This document shows positions 8,498-17,850 of a DNA stretch of 64,000 bases, in pieces; positions within the stretch are counted from its first letter, which is position 1; each line of letters starts with the position of its first letter. The stretch is from an uncultured Lysobacter sp. (lineage in GTDB: Bacteria > Pseudomonadota > Gammaproteobacteria > Burkholderiales > Usitatibacteraceae). Made by a program: the position numbers and the translations under genes. The stretch is taken from NCBI GenBank assembly GCA_964587315.1, contig CAZPLW010000001.1, forward strand, positions 55,374 through 119,373, written 5' to 3'. The notes beneath the pieces were generated by a model that worked only from the letters and a program-made list of their open reading frames with translations, did not search any database and had not been told where the DNA came from.

Positions 8498-10471
8498 TCA
8501 GATCAACACGTTCACGACCGCGTTGCCGATCCCCACGAGCGCCGAGCCGGAGATGAGGCCCGCGCAGATGGGCTCGCAGCCTTCCACCCAGATGTCGTGA
8601 CCGCGTGTGCCGCGCTCCTTGTTCATGCGCCCGGCCCACCAGAAGATCATCGCGCCCACCCACATGGCGAAGGTGGCCTCCGGCGGCAGCACCACGCCCA
8701 GGCCGATGGAGACGGCCGAGAGCGGGAAGCGGCCCTTGGTCTTGATCTTCACGATCTCGATCGCCATGGCGGCCACCGCGGCGAAGGCCATCGAGATCAC
8801 GGCCGAGGTGGGCAGGCTCTGCAGGCCCTTGGTGATGATCTCCGCCACGCCCTTCCACTGCAGCGCCGCGGGCATCGCGAACTGCTCCGACACGATGGTC
8901 GCGGCCGAGCGCACGCCGTTCGCGTCCGGGGGCAGGAAGAGCAGGTAGAAGAGCGGCACGCAGGCGAGCGAGCCCGCGAAGATGCCGATGACGTGACCCA
9001 CGGCCTGCTGGCGGGGCTTCGCGCCCAGCATGTAGCCCGGCTTGATGTCGGAGAGCAGGTTCGCGGCGTTCGCGGCGATCTCCGCGGTCATGCCCGCCGG
9101 AATCAGGTTGTTGGCAGGGTTCGTGCGATCCAGCGCGCCCATGGAGAACTGCGTGATCTTCGAAAGCGCGCCGGTCGGGGTCCACGAGGTGAGCGCCATG
9201 GAGTTGGTGCAGATGATCGTGAGCACGAAGATGAGCGGCAGCGAGATGGCGGCCATGTAGACCGGCACGCCGAAGAACGCGTGCGTCACCCAGATGCCCA
9301 GCACGCTGAAGAGCGGCACGCCCAGCGCCGAGATCCACAGGGGGAACTCGATGTGCGCGAGGACGTCCGCGCCTTCCTTCTTCTTGCCGCCCAGGGACTT
9401 GAAGGCGCTCACGAAGAGCTCCGGCCGCGCGAGCAGGCTCGTGAGCGAACCCACCACCATCATCGTGACGCCCCACCAGAGCGACCACTGGTTCACGATC
9501 TCCACGCGCGAGATGGGGACGGTGGCGCCCGTGGGGCCGATGCGCGGGGCGATGTCGCCCAGCTGGATCATCATCGGCGCGAGCACGACGAAGTTGATGA
9601 AGGCGCCCAGCAGGCAGCTGGTCGCCACCGCGATGCCCATGAGACCGCCCACGCCGAGCATGGCGGCATCGAGCGTGAGGCGAAGGCCGAGCTGGCGGAT
9701 GTCCGTGCCCAGGATCGAGGGGATCCAGCCGGTCTTGCCCGCGAAGGCGTAGTAGTAGCTGTCCAGGCGCTCGTGGAAGACCCAAGCCTCCTTCAGGCCC
9801 ATCCACTTGTCCATGGCGAGGATCTTGATCTGCAGCAGCTTCATCCAGCCGTCGCTGATGATGAGCTGGTAGACGCCCGTGCCCACCGCCACCCACGCGA
9901 GGAGCTTCGCCTTGAAGACGCCGGCCGCCGCGTTGCCCGTGTAGAGCGCGTCCAGCACCACGCCGCAGGCACGCCCCTCGGGGAAGGGCATCTGCTCCTC
10001 GTTGATGAAGCGGCGCTTGAGCGGGAAGGCGAGCAGCACGCCGATCATCGACACGACGCTCATCCACAGGATCATCTGCCACCACGGGATGAGCTTCCCG
10101 GTGACCAGCATGTAGGCCGAGAGGCTCGAGATCATGGGCGCCACCATGTAGCCGGCGGCCGTCGCGATGGACTGCGTGCAGTTGTTCTCGAGGATCGTGA
10201 AGTCGGAGGCGATGCCGGTGGAGGCGAAGATGCGGAAGAGCGCGAAGGCGAGGATGACGGAGGTGAGGCCCACGCCGATGGTGATGCCCGTCTTGCCGCC
10301 GATGTAGAGCGCCGTGGCGGAGAGGATCCCCCCCAGGAAGAAGCCGGTGAGGCCCGAGCGGATGGTGAGCTGCGGCATGTCGCCGCGGAAGAGGTTCTCG
10401 AGCCACCAGCGGTCCTTCTGCTCGCGGGACCAGTCGCGGACCTGCTCATCGGTCAGGTGTTGCAGCGCCAT
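8498..10471 (-). CDS. OPT family oligopeptide transporter
   Basis: 657 aa polytopic membrane protein. TIRSGLTGFFLGGILSATALYIGGKTG, PFPEGRACG and IKPGYMLGAKPRQQ are typical of OPT/EspB-type transporters. Confidence 0.88.
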   Translation of the reverse strand: MALQHLTDEQVRDWSREQKDRWWLENLFRGDMPQLTIRSGLTGFFLGGILSATALYIGGKTGITIGVGLTSVILAFALFRIFASTGIASDFTILENNCTQSIATAAGYMVAPMISSLSAYMLVTGKLIPWWQMILWMSVVSMIGVLLAFPLKRRFINEEQMPFPEGRACGVVLDALYTGNAAAGVFKAKLLAWVAVGTGVYQLIISDGWMKLLQIKILAMDKWMGLKEAWVFHERLDSYYYAFAGKTGWIPSILGTDIRQLGLRLTLDAAMLGVGGLMGIAVATSCLLGAFINFVVLAPMMIQLGDIAPRIGPTGATVPISRVEIVNQWSLWWGVTMMVVGSLTSLLARPELFVSAFKSLGGKKKEGADVLAHIEFPLWISALGVPLFSVLGIWVTHAFFGVPVYMAAISLPLIFVLTIICTNSMALTSWTPTGALSKITQFSMGALDRTNPANNLIPAGMTAEIAANAANLLSDIKPGYMLGAKPRQQAVGHVIGIFAGSLACVPLFYLLFLPPDANGVRSAATIVSEQFAMPAALQWKGVAEIITKGLQSLPTSAVISMAFAAVAAMAIEIVKIKTKGRFPLSAVSIGLGVVLPPEATFAMWVGAMIFWWAGRMNKERGTRGHDIWVEGCEPICAGLISGSALVGIGNAVVNVLI

Positions 10472-10576
10472 GGGGGATTTCTTCTCTCGTGGGGAAGGGG
10501 GGGGCGGAGGGAGGGCCGTGTGGGCCGGCGCCAATTGTGACAGAGGCATGGACGCGGGATAAGGGCCGCGGCCGCG

Positions 10577-11491
10577 ATGGGCGGTAAAATTCATCCCATC
10601 GTGCCCGCCAAGCCCTCCCGCCCCCCGAAGACCCGCCTCGAGATGCCGAACCCGTTCCGGCACGAGCGGGGCGTCGTGCGCATGATCGAGCCGCCGGACG
10701 CCGATCGCGGGGACCTCGCCCGGCGCATCGTGGCCGGCACCTACGGCAAGCCCTTCGTGATCGACGACGGGGTGATGCGCGAGCTCTACTTCAAGCGCGA
10801 GATCGTGCAGAGCGGCATGCGCCTGGCCGATCCCTGGGCGCTCGACTTCAGCTACACGCGGCTCGCGATGGCGTTCCTGCTCTTCAACCCGGACCCGCGC
10901 AGGATCCTGCTGCTGGGCCTGGGCGGCGGGTCGCTCGCCAAGTTCTGCCACAGGCACCTGCCTCGGGCCGATCTCACGACGGTGGAGATCGACGAGGACG
11001 TGATCGCGCTTCGCGACGAGTTCCTCGTGCCGCCGGACGGGCCGGGCTTCCACGTGGTGCACGACGACGCCGCGCGGTTCGTGGCGCGCGAGGACGGCTT
11101 CGACGCCATCGTGCTCGACTGCTTCGATCCCGAGGGCTACAGCCCGTCGGTGATGACGCGCGAGTTCTTCCAGGACGCGAGGGACGCGCTCTCGAAGAAG
11201 GGCGTGCTCGTCTCGAACCTGGTGGGGAAGAAGGAGGAGCGGCTGGCGCAGCTCGACCTCATCCGCGCCGCCTTCGGCGACAACATGGCGCTGATGCCCG
11301 ACAAGGAGGACGGCAACCTCGTCGTCTTCGTCTTCCGCGACCCGAACTTCGAGCCGCGCTGGCGCTGGATGGCCGGCGAGGCACCCGCGATGAAGGCCCG
11401 CTTCGGCCTCGACTTTCCCCGCTTCGCCCAGAAGCTCGAGAGGAGCCGCAAGCTCCGCTACCTCGAGCGCACCCTGGGCGAGGCCGCCTGA
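10577..11491 (+). CDS. Spermidine synthase-like class I methyltransferase-fold protein (start uncertain)
   Basis: ILLLGLGGGSLAKF ... TVEIDEDVIALRDEF ... FDAIVLDCFDPEG matches the spermine/spermidine synthase fold. In-frame ATGs at 10643 and 10682 are alternative starts. Confidence 0.7.
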   Translation: MGGKIHPIVPAKPSRPPKTRLEMPNPFRHERGVVRMIEPPDADRGDLARRIVAGTYGKPFVIDDGVMRELYFKREIVQSGMRLADPWALDFSYTRLAMAFLLFNPDPRRILLLGLGGGSLAKFCHRHLPRADLTTVEIDEDVIALRDEFLVPPDGPGFHVVHDDAARFVAREDGFDAIVLDCFDPEGYSPSVMTREFFQDARDALSKKGVLVSNLVGKKEERLAQLDLIRAAFGDNMALMPDKEDGNLVVFVFRDPNFEPRWRWMAGEAPAMKARFGLDFPRFAQKLERSRKLRYLERTLGEAA

Positions 11492-11506
11492 ACGCGGAGG
11501 ATCCCC

Positions 11507-11902
11507 ATGGCCTTGGACCTGCAGAAGGAAACGCTGCTGACGACGCTGGGCATCGAGGTGGTGGAGGCGACGAAGGACCGCGTCGTCGCCCGCATGCCGG
11601 TGGGGCCCCGCGTGCACCAGCCCTTCGGCTTGCTGCACGGCGGCGCCTCGCTCTCGCTCGCCGAGACGGTGGTGTCGATCGGCGCCTGGCACAACATCGA
11701 TCGCGAGAAGGAGTTCGCCGTGGGGATCGAGATCAACGCGAACCACGTGCGCGCCGTGCGCGACGGCGCCGTCACCGCGACCGCCACGCCCATCCACGTG
11801 GGCCGCCGCACGCAGGTGTGGGAGGCCCGGCTCGTGGACGACGACGGCAAGCTCGTCTGCATCTGCCGCTGCACGCTGGGCACCATGCCCCTCTCCCCCT
11901 GA
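11507..11902 (+). CDS. PaaI/YbdB family hotdog-fold thioesterase
   Basis: LGIEVVEATKDRVVARMPV..HQPFGLLHGGASLSLAETV..NANHVRAV..ATPIHVGRRTQVWEARL matches the PaaI thioesterase pattern. Confidence 0.85.
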   Translation: MALDLQKETLLTTLGIEVVEATKDRVVARMPVGPRVHQPFGLLHGGASLSLAETVVSIGAWHNIDREKEFAVGIEINANHVRAVRDGAVTATATPIHVGRRTQVWEARLVDDDGKLVCICRCTLGTMPLSP

Positions 11903-12014
11903 AGGGGACGCACGCCTTCAGCGCCTCTGAAGGGGACGGAGCGGTTTTCACAACAGTGTGTTGCGGAAATCCCTCCGTCCCCTTCACCTCGCGTGAAGGC
12001 GTGCGTCCCCTTCA
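11900..12014. repeat. Nested-palindrome intergenic element, copy 2
   Basis: Same A-B-A' architecture. Its first A unit begins with the thioesterase TGA stop codon. It ends 6 bp from the convergent stop at 12020. Confidence 0.9.
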
Positions 12015-12019
12015 TTCCT

Positions 12020-13669
12020 TCATTTGTTGACCTGGGCGAGGATGGCCTCCAAGGCCGGGTCGCGCCCCTCCCGCACGCTCGCGAAGGTGACCGGCGCCGG
12101 CAGCCGCGGCGCGATCCAGGTGCGCGAATCCTGCGGCTGCGCGTTCTGCCACATGAGGAACGAGATGCTCACCCGCGCGCGGCTCCACGGCAGGATCACC
12201 TCGCTCCCCTCGCCGATGAAGTTCGGGCTGGAACCGGTCGGCTCCCCCACGAACACCGCCGGCGAGTAGCGCTCCAGGATCGCCGCGAAGTTCATGGCGG
12301 CCGAGAAGGTGTGCCGCCCGGCGATGACGAACAGCCCGTTCTCGCGGTGCATCTTGCGCGCGCCCAGGATCGCCTGCAGCAACGGCTTCAGCAGGTCGGT
12401 GTTGCCGCCGCCGTTGAAGCGCAGGTCCACCACGAGCCGCTCGACGTCGTCGCGGTCGATGGCGGCTTCGAGGCGCCTGGCGAGCGCCGCGATCGTCTCG
12501 CCGCCCGGCGCGTCCTGCACGCGGTTGAACTGGAAATAGACCAGCCTCTGCGCCGGCCGCACCTCGAACCAGTGGGCCTCCCGCTGGCGGGGGATCCACG
12601 CGGGCAGCGGCTTGTCGTGGCCCGGCGGCACACGGACGAAGTCGCCGGTGAAGGTCGGAGCCGCTTCCATCTCCACGACGCGCCGCGCGCCGTCCCGCGT
12701 GACCAGCGTGTACGAAGCGCGGCCGGCTTCCCTGGCGAACCCGAGCGGCGCCAGCATCTGGGGAAAGCGCAGGAAGAAGGGGATGCGCGATTTCACGTTG
12801 GCCTCGTTGTCGCGCGAGACGAGCTCGGCCACGGCCGCCATCGCCTCGGACACCGGCCGGCCCCCTACCTCCACGACGCGCGCCCAGAGCAGCGCCTCGT
12901 CGCCCGGGCGCACCGCCGTCACGAAGAGCCCCTCGGGGTAGATCTCCATCGGCAGGGGCACGAGTCGCTGGCCGGCGCCCGCGCGCCAGGTGGGCAGCAG
13001 CTGCGTGTGGCCGTCACCATAAGGAATCAGCAGGCGCATGAGGCGCACCTCGACCTGGTGATCGTCGAGCTTGCCGACGTCCGCCGAGACCGCCGCGATC
13101 TCCGCGTCGAACTGCGCCTCGGTGCGCGCGCGGAACGGCCTGTAGTGCAGGCGCTTGAACTCGGAAGCCAGGATCGCGATGTCTCGCCGCCAGCCTTCGT
13201 CGCGCGTGAGCCCGTTCACGTCCACGTCGAGCGCGGCCGCCTTGAAGCGCGGGTCGTCCTTGATCACGGCGAAGTCGGCGTCGCGCGACCAGCGCTGGCG
13301 CACGGGTGAGCCGGTCTTCACGGCCCGCTCCAGCCAGTCGATGGCGGCCTCCTTGTCGCCCAGGGCCAGGTGGGACTTCGCGATGTCCGGCATCAGGCGC
13401 CAGGGCTGCATCGCGCCGAGGGCCAGGGCCTTCTCGTAGGCGCCGATCGCCTCGCGCGGCCGGCCGGTGCCATGCAGCGAGCGGCCGAGGCAATACCAGG
13501 CGCTGGCGAGGTCGGGATTCGCGGCGACCAGCCGCTCCTGCACGGGCAGCGAGGACGGCCAGTCCCCGGCGCGGCACAGGCGCAGGGCTTCGTCGGCGAG
13601 ATCTTCTGCGTGGGCCGGCACGAGGCAGGCGAGGGCAAGGATGGCGGCGAGGCAGGCGGGGCGCGGCAT
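12020..13669 (-). CDS. Secreted TPR + peptidase S41-like domain protein
   Basis: Signal peptide MPRPACLAAILALACLVPAHA and an N-terminal TPR region. The C-terminal VVDLRFNGGGN...FVIAGRHTFSAAMNFA resembles S41 (tail-specific protease) family cores. Confidence 0.6.
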   Translation of the reverse strand: MPRPACLAAILALACLVPAHAEDLADEALRLCRAGDWPSSLPVQERLVAANPDLASAWYCLGRSLHGTGRPREAIGAYEKALALGAMQPWRLMPDIAKSHLALGDKEAAIDWLERAVKTGSPVRQRWSRDADFAVIKDDPRFKAAALDVDVNGLTRDEGWRRDIAILASEFKRLHYRPFRARTEAQFDAEIAAVSADVGKLDDHQVEVRLMRLLIPYGDGHTQLLPTWRAGAGQRLVPLPMEIYPEGLFVTAVRPGDEALLWARVVEVGGRPVSEAMAAVAELVSRDNEANVKSRIPFFLRFPQMLAPLGFAREAGRASYTLVTRDGARRVVEMEAAPTFTGDFVRVPPGHDKPLPAWIPRQREAHWFEVRPAQRLVYFQFNRVQDAPGGETIAALARRLEAAIDRDDVERLVVDLRFNGGGNTDLLKPLLQAILGARKMHRENGLFVIAGRHTFSAAMNFAAILERYSPAVFVGEPTGSSPNFIGEGSEVILPWSRARVSISFLMWQNAQPQDSRTWIAPRLPAPVTFASVREGRDPALEAILAQVNK

Positions 13670-13757
13670 GGGGACTCCCGGCGTCGGCAGGTGCCCGTAG
13701 GATGCGGCGGCCGACCCGTCCGGATGTTTCCGTTTGTCGCCACCAGTGACGGGTCGA

Positions 13758-13909
13758 TTGAAGGGGACGCACGCCTTCAAATCGGGTGAAGGGGACGGAG
13801 ACCCTCCAAAGGGGACGCAAACATTCACGTCACCTGAATGTGTCTGTCCCCTTTATGGGTCGAAAGCCTCCGTCCCCTTCAGCGCCAGTGAAGGCGTGCG
13901 TCCCCTTCA
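13758..13909. repeat. Nested-palindrome intergenic element, copy 3 (variant with an extra inner palindrome)
   Basis: A .. B-left .. AAAGGGGACGCAAACATTCA-N7-TGAATGTGTCTGTCCCCTTT .. B-right .. A'. It ends 6 bp from the tamB stop. Confidence 0.9.
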
Positions 13910-13914
13910 GGGGG

Positions 13915-16900
13915 TCAGGGAGTGGGACGCAGCTTGATGGGCGCGTCGTCGAGGGAGAAGCGGTATACGCCGTCGAGGCCCGTCTGATAGCCGGCGCGCA
14001 GGATGAGCTGGAAGCTCTTCGTCACCTGCCAGGCCACGCGCATCGACCCCTCGGCGTCGGCGAGGCCCTGCTGGTAGGAGAGGTAGATGTTGTCGGAGAG
14101 CCGCTTGCCCACGGTGAGCATGTCCTGCGTCGCGGCCGTCGAGCCGGTCTTCCCGGCCACCGTGCTCTGCGGCATCGTCCCCAGCAGGCTGCCGCTGTCC
14201 TGCCCCAGGCGGATGTCGTCGGCGGTGAGGCCCAGCCCGCCCAGCAGCCGGCCGGAATTCGGATCGTCGCGCCCGAGGATGGAGCCCGCCGCCGAGACGA
14301 GGATCGCCGCGTCGCTCGCCGCCATCTGTCCCTGCCCGCGGCCGAGCACCAGCCACGCGAGCTTCTCGGGATCGGGCACGTCCGGCTGCGAGACCAGGCG
14401 CACGCGCGGCCGGGCCACGTTGCCCAGGATCTCGACGCCCGCCTCCACCGGCAGGCCCTTCCTCAGCGCGAGGACGTTGAGCCCCGGGTTGTCGAGCGGG
14501 CCCTGGAAGTTGAGCGCGCCGCGCTCGATCGCGAGCTTCTGGCCGTACGCGTCGTAGGTGCCGTACAGGGCGCGGATGGACCCGGTGGCGCGAAGGCCCG
14601 TGCCCACGTCGCCCGCCAGGCGCAGGGAACCCCCGAGCCGCGTGGTGAGGCCGCGCCCCGTGAAGTGCGTGTGATCGCCCAGCGCCACGCGCACGTCGAG
14701 GCGGATGCGTTCGGAGGGCGTCGCATCGGCCGCGGGCTCGCCGCGCTCCACGATCACGTCGTCCGCGACGCTCGGGGCCGCCGAGGCCGGGATGCCGAAC
14801 CAGCCGGCGTCCGCGCGCACGTCGCCCGTGAGGTTGATCGTCGTGCCGTCCAGCGCCGCCTTGGCCTCCCCCGAGACCGCGAGGAAGCGCGACGCGAGCT
14901 GCGTCACCGGGTAGGCGGTGGAGGTCACGCGGATCTCGCCCTTGCGCGTCGCGAAGTTGAGCGCGCCCTCGGCGGAAATGCTGCCGCGGTCGGGGCGCTT
15001 CACGCCCGCGAGGGCCTTCGCGGCATCGGCGTTGGGACGCCACGGCGAATCGAAGGCGAGCCTCTCGAGCCGCAGCTCGTGGTCCTTGAACGCGATGGCG
15101 AGGGTGCCCTCCTTGCCCTCGAAGCCCGAGGCCGGGTCGCGGATGACGAGGCCCGTGCCGTCGATGCGCCCTTCCCACGTGGGCTCGCGCTGCGTGCCGG
15201 AGAGCGAGACGCGGCCCGCGAGCCGGCCGCCGGCCTGCGCGTCGGGACCGAGCCAGCCCGCGGTCCACGCCAGGTCGGGCACGTCCACCTCGAGGCGGCC
15301 CGCGACCGGCGCCACCGGCGAGACCTCCCAGCCGCCGTCGGCACGGCGGATCGACGCCTCGCCCTCCGCGAGCCACTTGCCCACCTGCGCGCCGCGGATG
15401 TCGCCCTTCGCCCTCACGCGCCCGCCCGCGGCATCCACGCGCAGGAAGAGCGTCTCCAGGCCCAGCGCCTGGCGCGCCTCGCCCACGCGCACGTCCCCGC
15501 TCTCGCGCTTCAGCTCCGCGAACCCCTCGATCGTCTCCGCGGCCCGCAGGTCCCAGGCGCCGCCGACGACGAGGTTGGACGAAGGCGCCTGCCGCAGGCC
15601 CGCGAGCCGCGTCACCGTGCGCACCGCGATGCCGCGCGCGGTTCCCTTCGCCTCAAAGGCGGCGGGCGTCCAGCGCGTGGTGACGAGGTCGAGGTTGCCC
15701 CAGTCGCCCGTGAGCCGCGTCTCGCCCAGTTCGACGCGCGTGGCGGCGACGGCCAGCGTGGCCGGCGCGGCGAGCAGGATGGGGTAGCGGCCCGTGGACT
15801 CGAACACCTCGAGCCGGCCGCGCCAGTCGGGCTGCCCGCTCGCGACCCCCGTGACGCCGCCGGAGAGCAGCAGGCGCACCTGCGAGCGCTCGTCCAGGCT
15901 GGCGTCCAGGCGCAGGTCGTGCGCCGCCCGCGTGCCGCGCAGCGAGAGGACGGCCTTTGCGACGAGGGCCTCCTTCGCCCGGTCTTCGCGCAGTCCCGTG
16001 AGCGTCGCATCGCCCGTGAGCGGCGCATCCTCGGCCGCGCCCAGGGCGAGCTTCGCATCGAGCGCGGCCACCCGCATCCCGCCCGGCAGCACGAGGCTCC
16101 CCGCCTTGAACGCGGCGCGGCCGTAGGGCAGGGCGAAGGTGCCCTCGACGAGCGCGTCGCCCTCGACGTGGCCGGCGACCGGGATGCCGAAGGCCTTGCC
16201 CAGCGGCGCGAGGTCGGGCGAGGCGAACTTCACCGAGAGGGCGTCGCCCGCGCGGCCGAAGGCGCCGTTCGCGCTCGCGCGCGTCTCGCCCATCGCGAGG
16301 TTCGCCTCGATGCGGCCCAGGTGCCGGTCGTCGGCGGTCACGTCGACGCGTCCGTCGAGCGCGAGCCCGGCGAACCGGCTCTTCGCGATCTCGACGACGG
16401 CCTGGATCGAGCGCGCGTCGCCGAGGTTGCCGCTCGCCTTGAGGCCGCCGCTGATCTCGCCCTCGGGCACCTTCGCGAATTTCGCCGGGTTCACGCGGTC
16501 CAGCCGGCCCTCCAGCGCGAACGCGCGCCGGCCCTTCAGGCCCAGCGTGCCCGCGGCCTCGATGGCGGAATCGGCGCGCGCGATGCGCATGCGCTCGACT
16601 TCCAGCGTGTCCTTCGCGAAGCGCGCCGCCCCCGCGATCGTGAAGCGCGGGTCGGCGAGATCGAGCGTGAACGATTGCGCGTCCCCGGTCGCCTCGGCGC
16701 GAAGGGGCCCGGCCAGCGCCGTCGGCCTGAGCTTCGTGTGCCAGGCCAGCAGGTCGAGCCCGCGCACGTCGAGGGCGGCGTCGAGCTTGCCCTTCGCCCA
16801 GGCGAGCTCGCCCTTCGCGCTGCCGCCGCCCGCGAACGCGGCCTCGACGCCCTGCGCCTTCGCGCCGCCGTCCTTCGCGATGGCGAGGCGCGCGGCGAGC

Positions 16901-17847
16901 GAGGCGACGGGCACCTGGTTGCGGTCGAGCGGCCCCGCGGCCGTGTTCACGATCTTCACCGGGCCGGCGAGCAGCAGGCCGTCCGCGGGCGCGAGGTTCG
17001 CCTCCACCGCGAGCTTCGTCTGCGGCGCGTTCGCGAAGGCCGCGAGGTCGAGCCCCGAGAGCTTCACCAGGAGGGCGCGCAGCGGCGTCGCCTCGAAGGG
17101 GGCGATGCGCGCAACGCCGCCGCCCTCGAGCCCGCCTTCCGTCCCCGTGAACGCCGCCTCGAGGAGCGCGAGCGGCCCCTTCGCCGCCAGCGTGATGCCG
17201 TACTTGCGCTCGCCGCGCAGGCCCTCCAGCGCGCCCTTGGCATCCAGGGTGAAGGGGCGCGACGCGCCGAGGGTGCCGCTCGCCTGCGCGAGTCCGAAAG
17301 GCGTCCTGGCGCGCGCGTCGCCCACGATCCACGCCGTGGGGTCGCCGGCCAGCTTCACGGAGAGATCCTGCAGCTCCAGCGGCTTCGCCTCGCCGCGCGT
17401 GACGAGCACCAGGCGATCGAGCCCCGCCTGCGCCACGTGGATGGCGAAGGGCGGCGAGAGCGAGAGCGGCTCCTTCGCGGGTTCGTCCGACGGCTCGCTC
17501 TCGACCTCGAGCCGCGCCGCGTGCAGCGTCGTGACGTCCAGCTGTCCGCGCAGCATGCTCCAGGGCTGCCAGTCGAGCGTGAGGCGCGAGATCGTCACGC
17601 GCGTCTTCCCCGTGGTCAGCTCGAGCGACTCGACCGTGACCGGCCCGGCGAGGCTCCCCTGCACGCCGGTGACCGTCCCGCCCGTGAGCGAGAGCGCGCG
17701 CTCCAGCACGAGGCGCGCGCCCGATTCGCTGAAGGCGAGCCACGAGGCGGCGCCCACCACGACGGCGAGCGCGAGGACGAGGCCGCCGGAGCACCAGGCG
17801 AGCGCGCGCTTCAGGCGCCAGGGCGGGCGGGGAGCTTTCTCGTCCAT
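13915..17847 (-). CDS. tamB: Translocation and assembly module subunit TamB (DUF490)
   Basis: 1310 aa with an N-terminal membrane anchor, a long beta-rich body and a C-terminal DUF490-like end (LSYQQGL..VAWQVTKSFQLILRAGYQTGLDGVYRFS). It lies directly downstream of tamA. Confidence 0.85.
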   Translation of the reverse strand: MDEKAPRPPWRLKRALAWCSGGLVLALAVVVGAASWLAFSESGARLVLERALSLTGGTVTGVQGSLAGPVTVESLELTTGKTRVTISRLTLDWQPWSMLRGQLDVTTLHAARLEVESEPSDEPAKEPLSLSPPFAIHVAQAGLDRLVLVTRGEAKPLELQDLSVKLAGDPTAWIVGDARARTPFGLAQASGTLGASRPFTLDAKGALEGLRGERKYGITLAAKGPLALLEAAFTGTEGGLEGGGVARIAPFEATPLRALLVKLSGLDLAAFANAPQTKLAVEANLAPADGLLLAGPVKIVNTAAGPLDRNQVPVASLAARLAIAKDGGAKAQGVEAAFAGGGSAKGELAWAKGKLDAALDVRGLDLLAWHTKLRPTALAGPLRAEATGDAQSFTLDLADPRFTIAGAARFAKDTLEVERMRIARADSAIEAAGTLGLKGRRAFALEGRLDRVNPAKFAKVPEGEISGGLKASGNLGDARSIQAVVEIAKSRFAGLALDGRVDVTADDRHLGRIEANLAMGETRASANGAFGRAGDALSVKFASPDLAPLGKAFGIPVAGHVEGDALVEGTFALPYGRAAFKAGSLVLPGGMRVAALDAKLALGAAEDAPLTGDATLTGLREDRAKEALVAKAVLSLRGTRAAHDLRLDASLDERSQVRLLLSGGVTGVASGQPDWRGRLEVFESTGRYPILLAAPATLAVAATRVELGETRLTGDWGNLDLVTTRWTPAAFEAKGTARGIAVRTVTRLAGLRQAPSSNLVVGGAWDLRAAETIEGFAELKRESGDVRVGEARQALGLETLFLRVDAAGGRVRAKGDIRGAQVGKWLAEGEASIRRADGGWEVSPVAPVAGRLEVDVPDLAWTAGWLGPDAQAGGRLAGRVSLSGTQREPTWEGRIDGTGLVIRDPASGFEGKEGTLAIAFKDHELRLERLAFDSPWRPNADAAKALAGVKRPDRGSISAEGALNFATRKGEIRVTSTAYPVTQLASRFLAVSGEAKAALDGTTINLTGDVRADAGWFGIPASAAPSVADDVIVERGEPAADATPSERIRLDVRVALGDHTHFTGRGLTTRLGGSLRLAGDVGTGLRATGSIRALYGTYDAYGQKLAIERGALNFQGPLDNPGLNVLALRKGLPVEAGVEILGNVARPRVRLVSQPDVPDPEKLAWLVLGRGQGQMAASDAAILVSAAGSILGRDDPNSGRLLGGLGLTADDIRLGQDSGSLLGTMPQSTVAGKTGSTAATQDMLTVGKRLSDNIYLSYQQGLADAEGSMRVAWQVTKSFQLILRAGYQTGLDGVYRFSLDDAPIKLRPTP

Positions 17848-17850
17848 GGG

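Noticed and set aside
10472-11797. Extension of the OPT transporter ORF to 11797 (1099 aa)
   Set aside because: The extra 442 codons overlap the plus-strand spermidine-synthase-like and thioesterase genes and lack TM character. The transporter homology begins at MALQHLTDEQ (10471).
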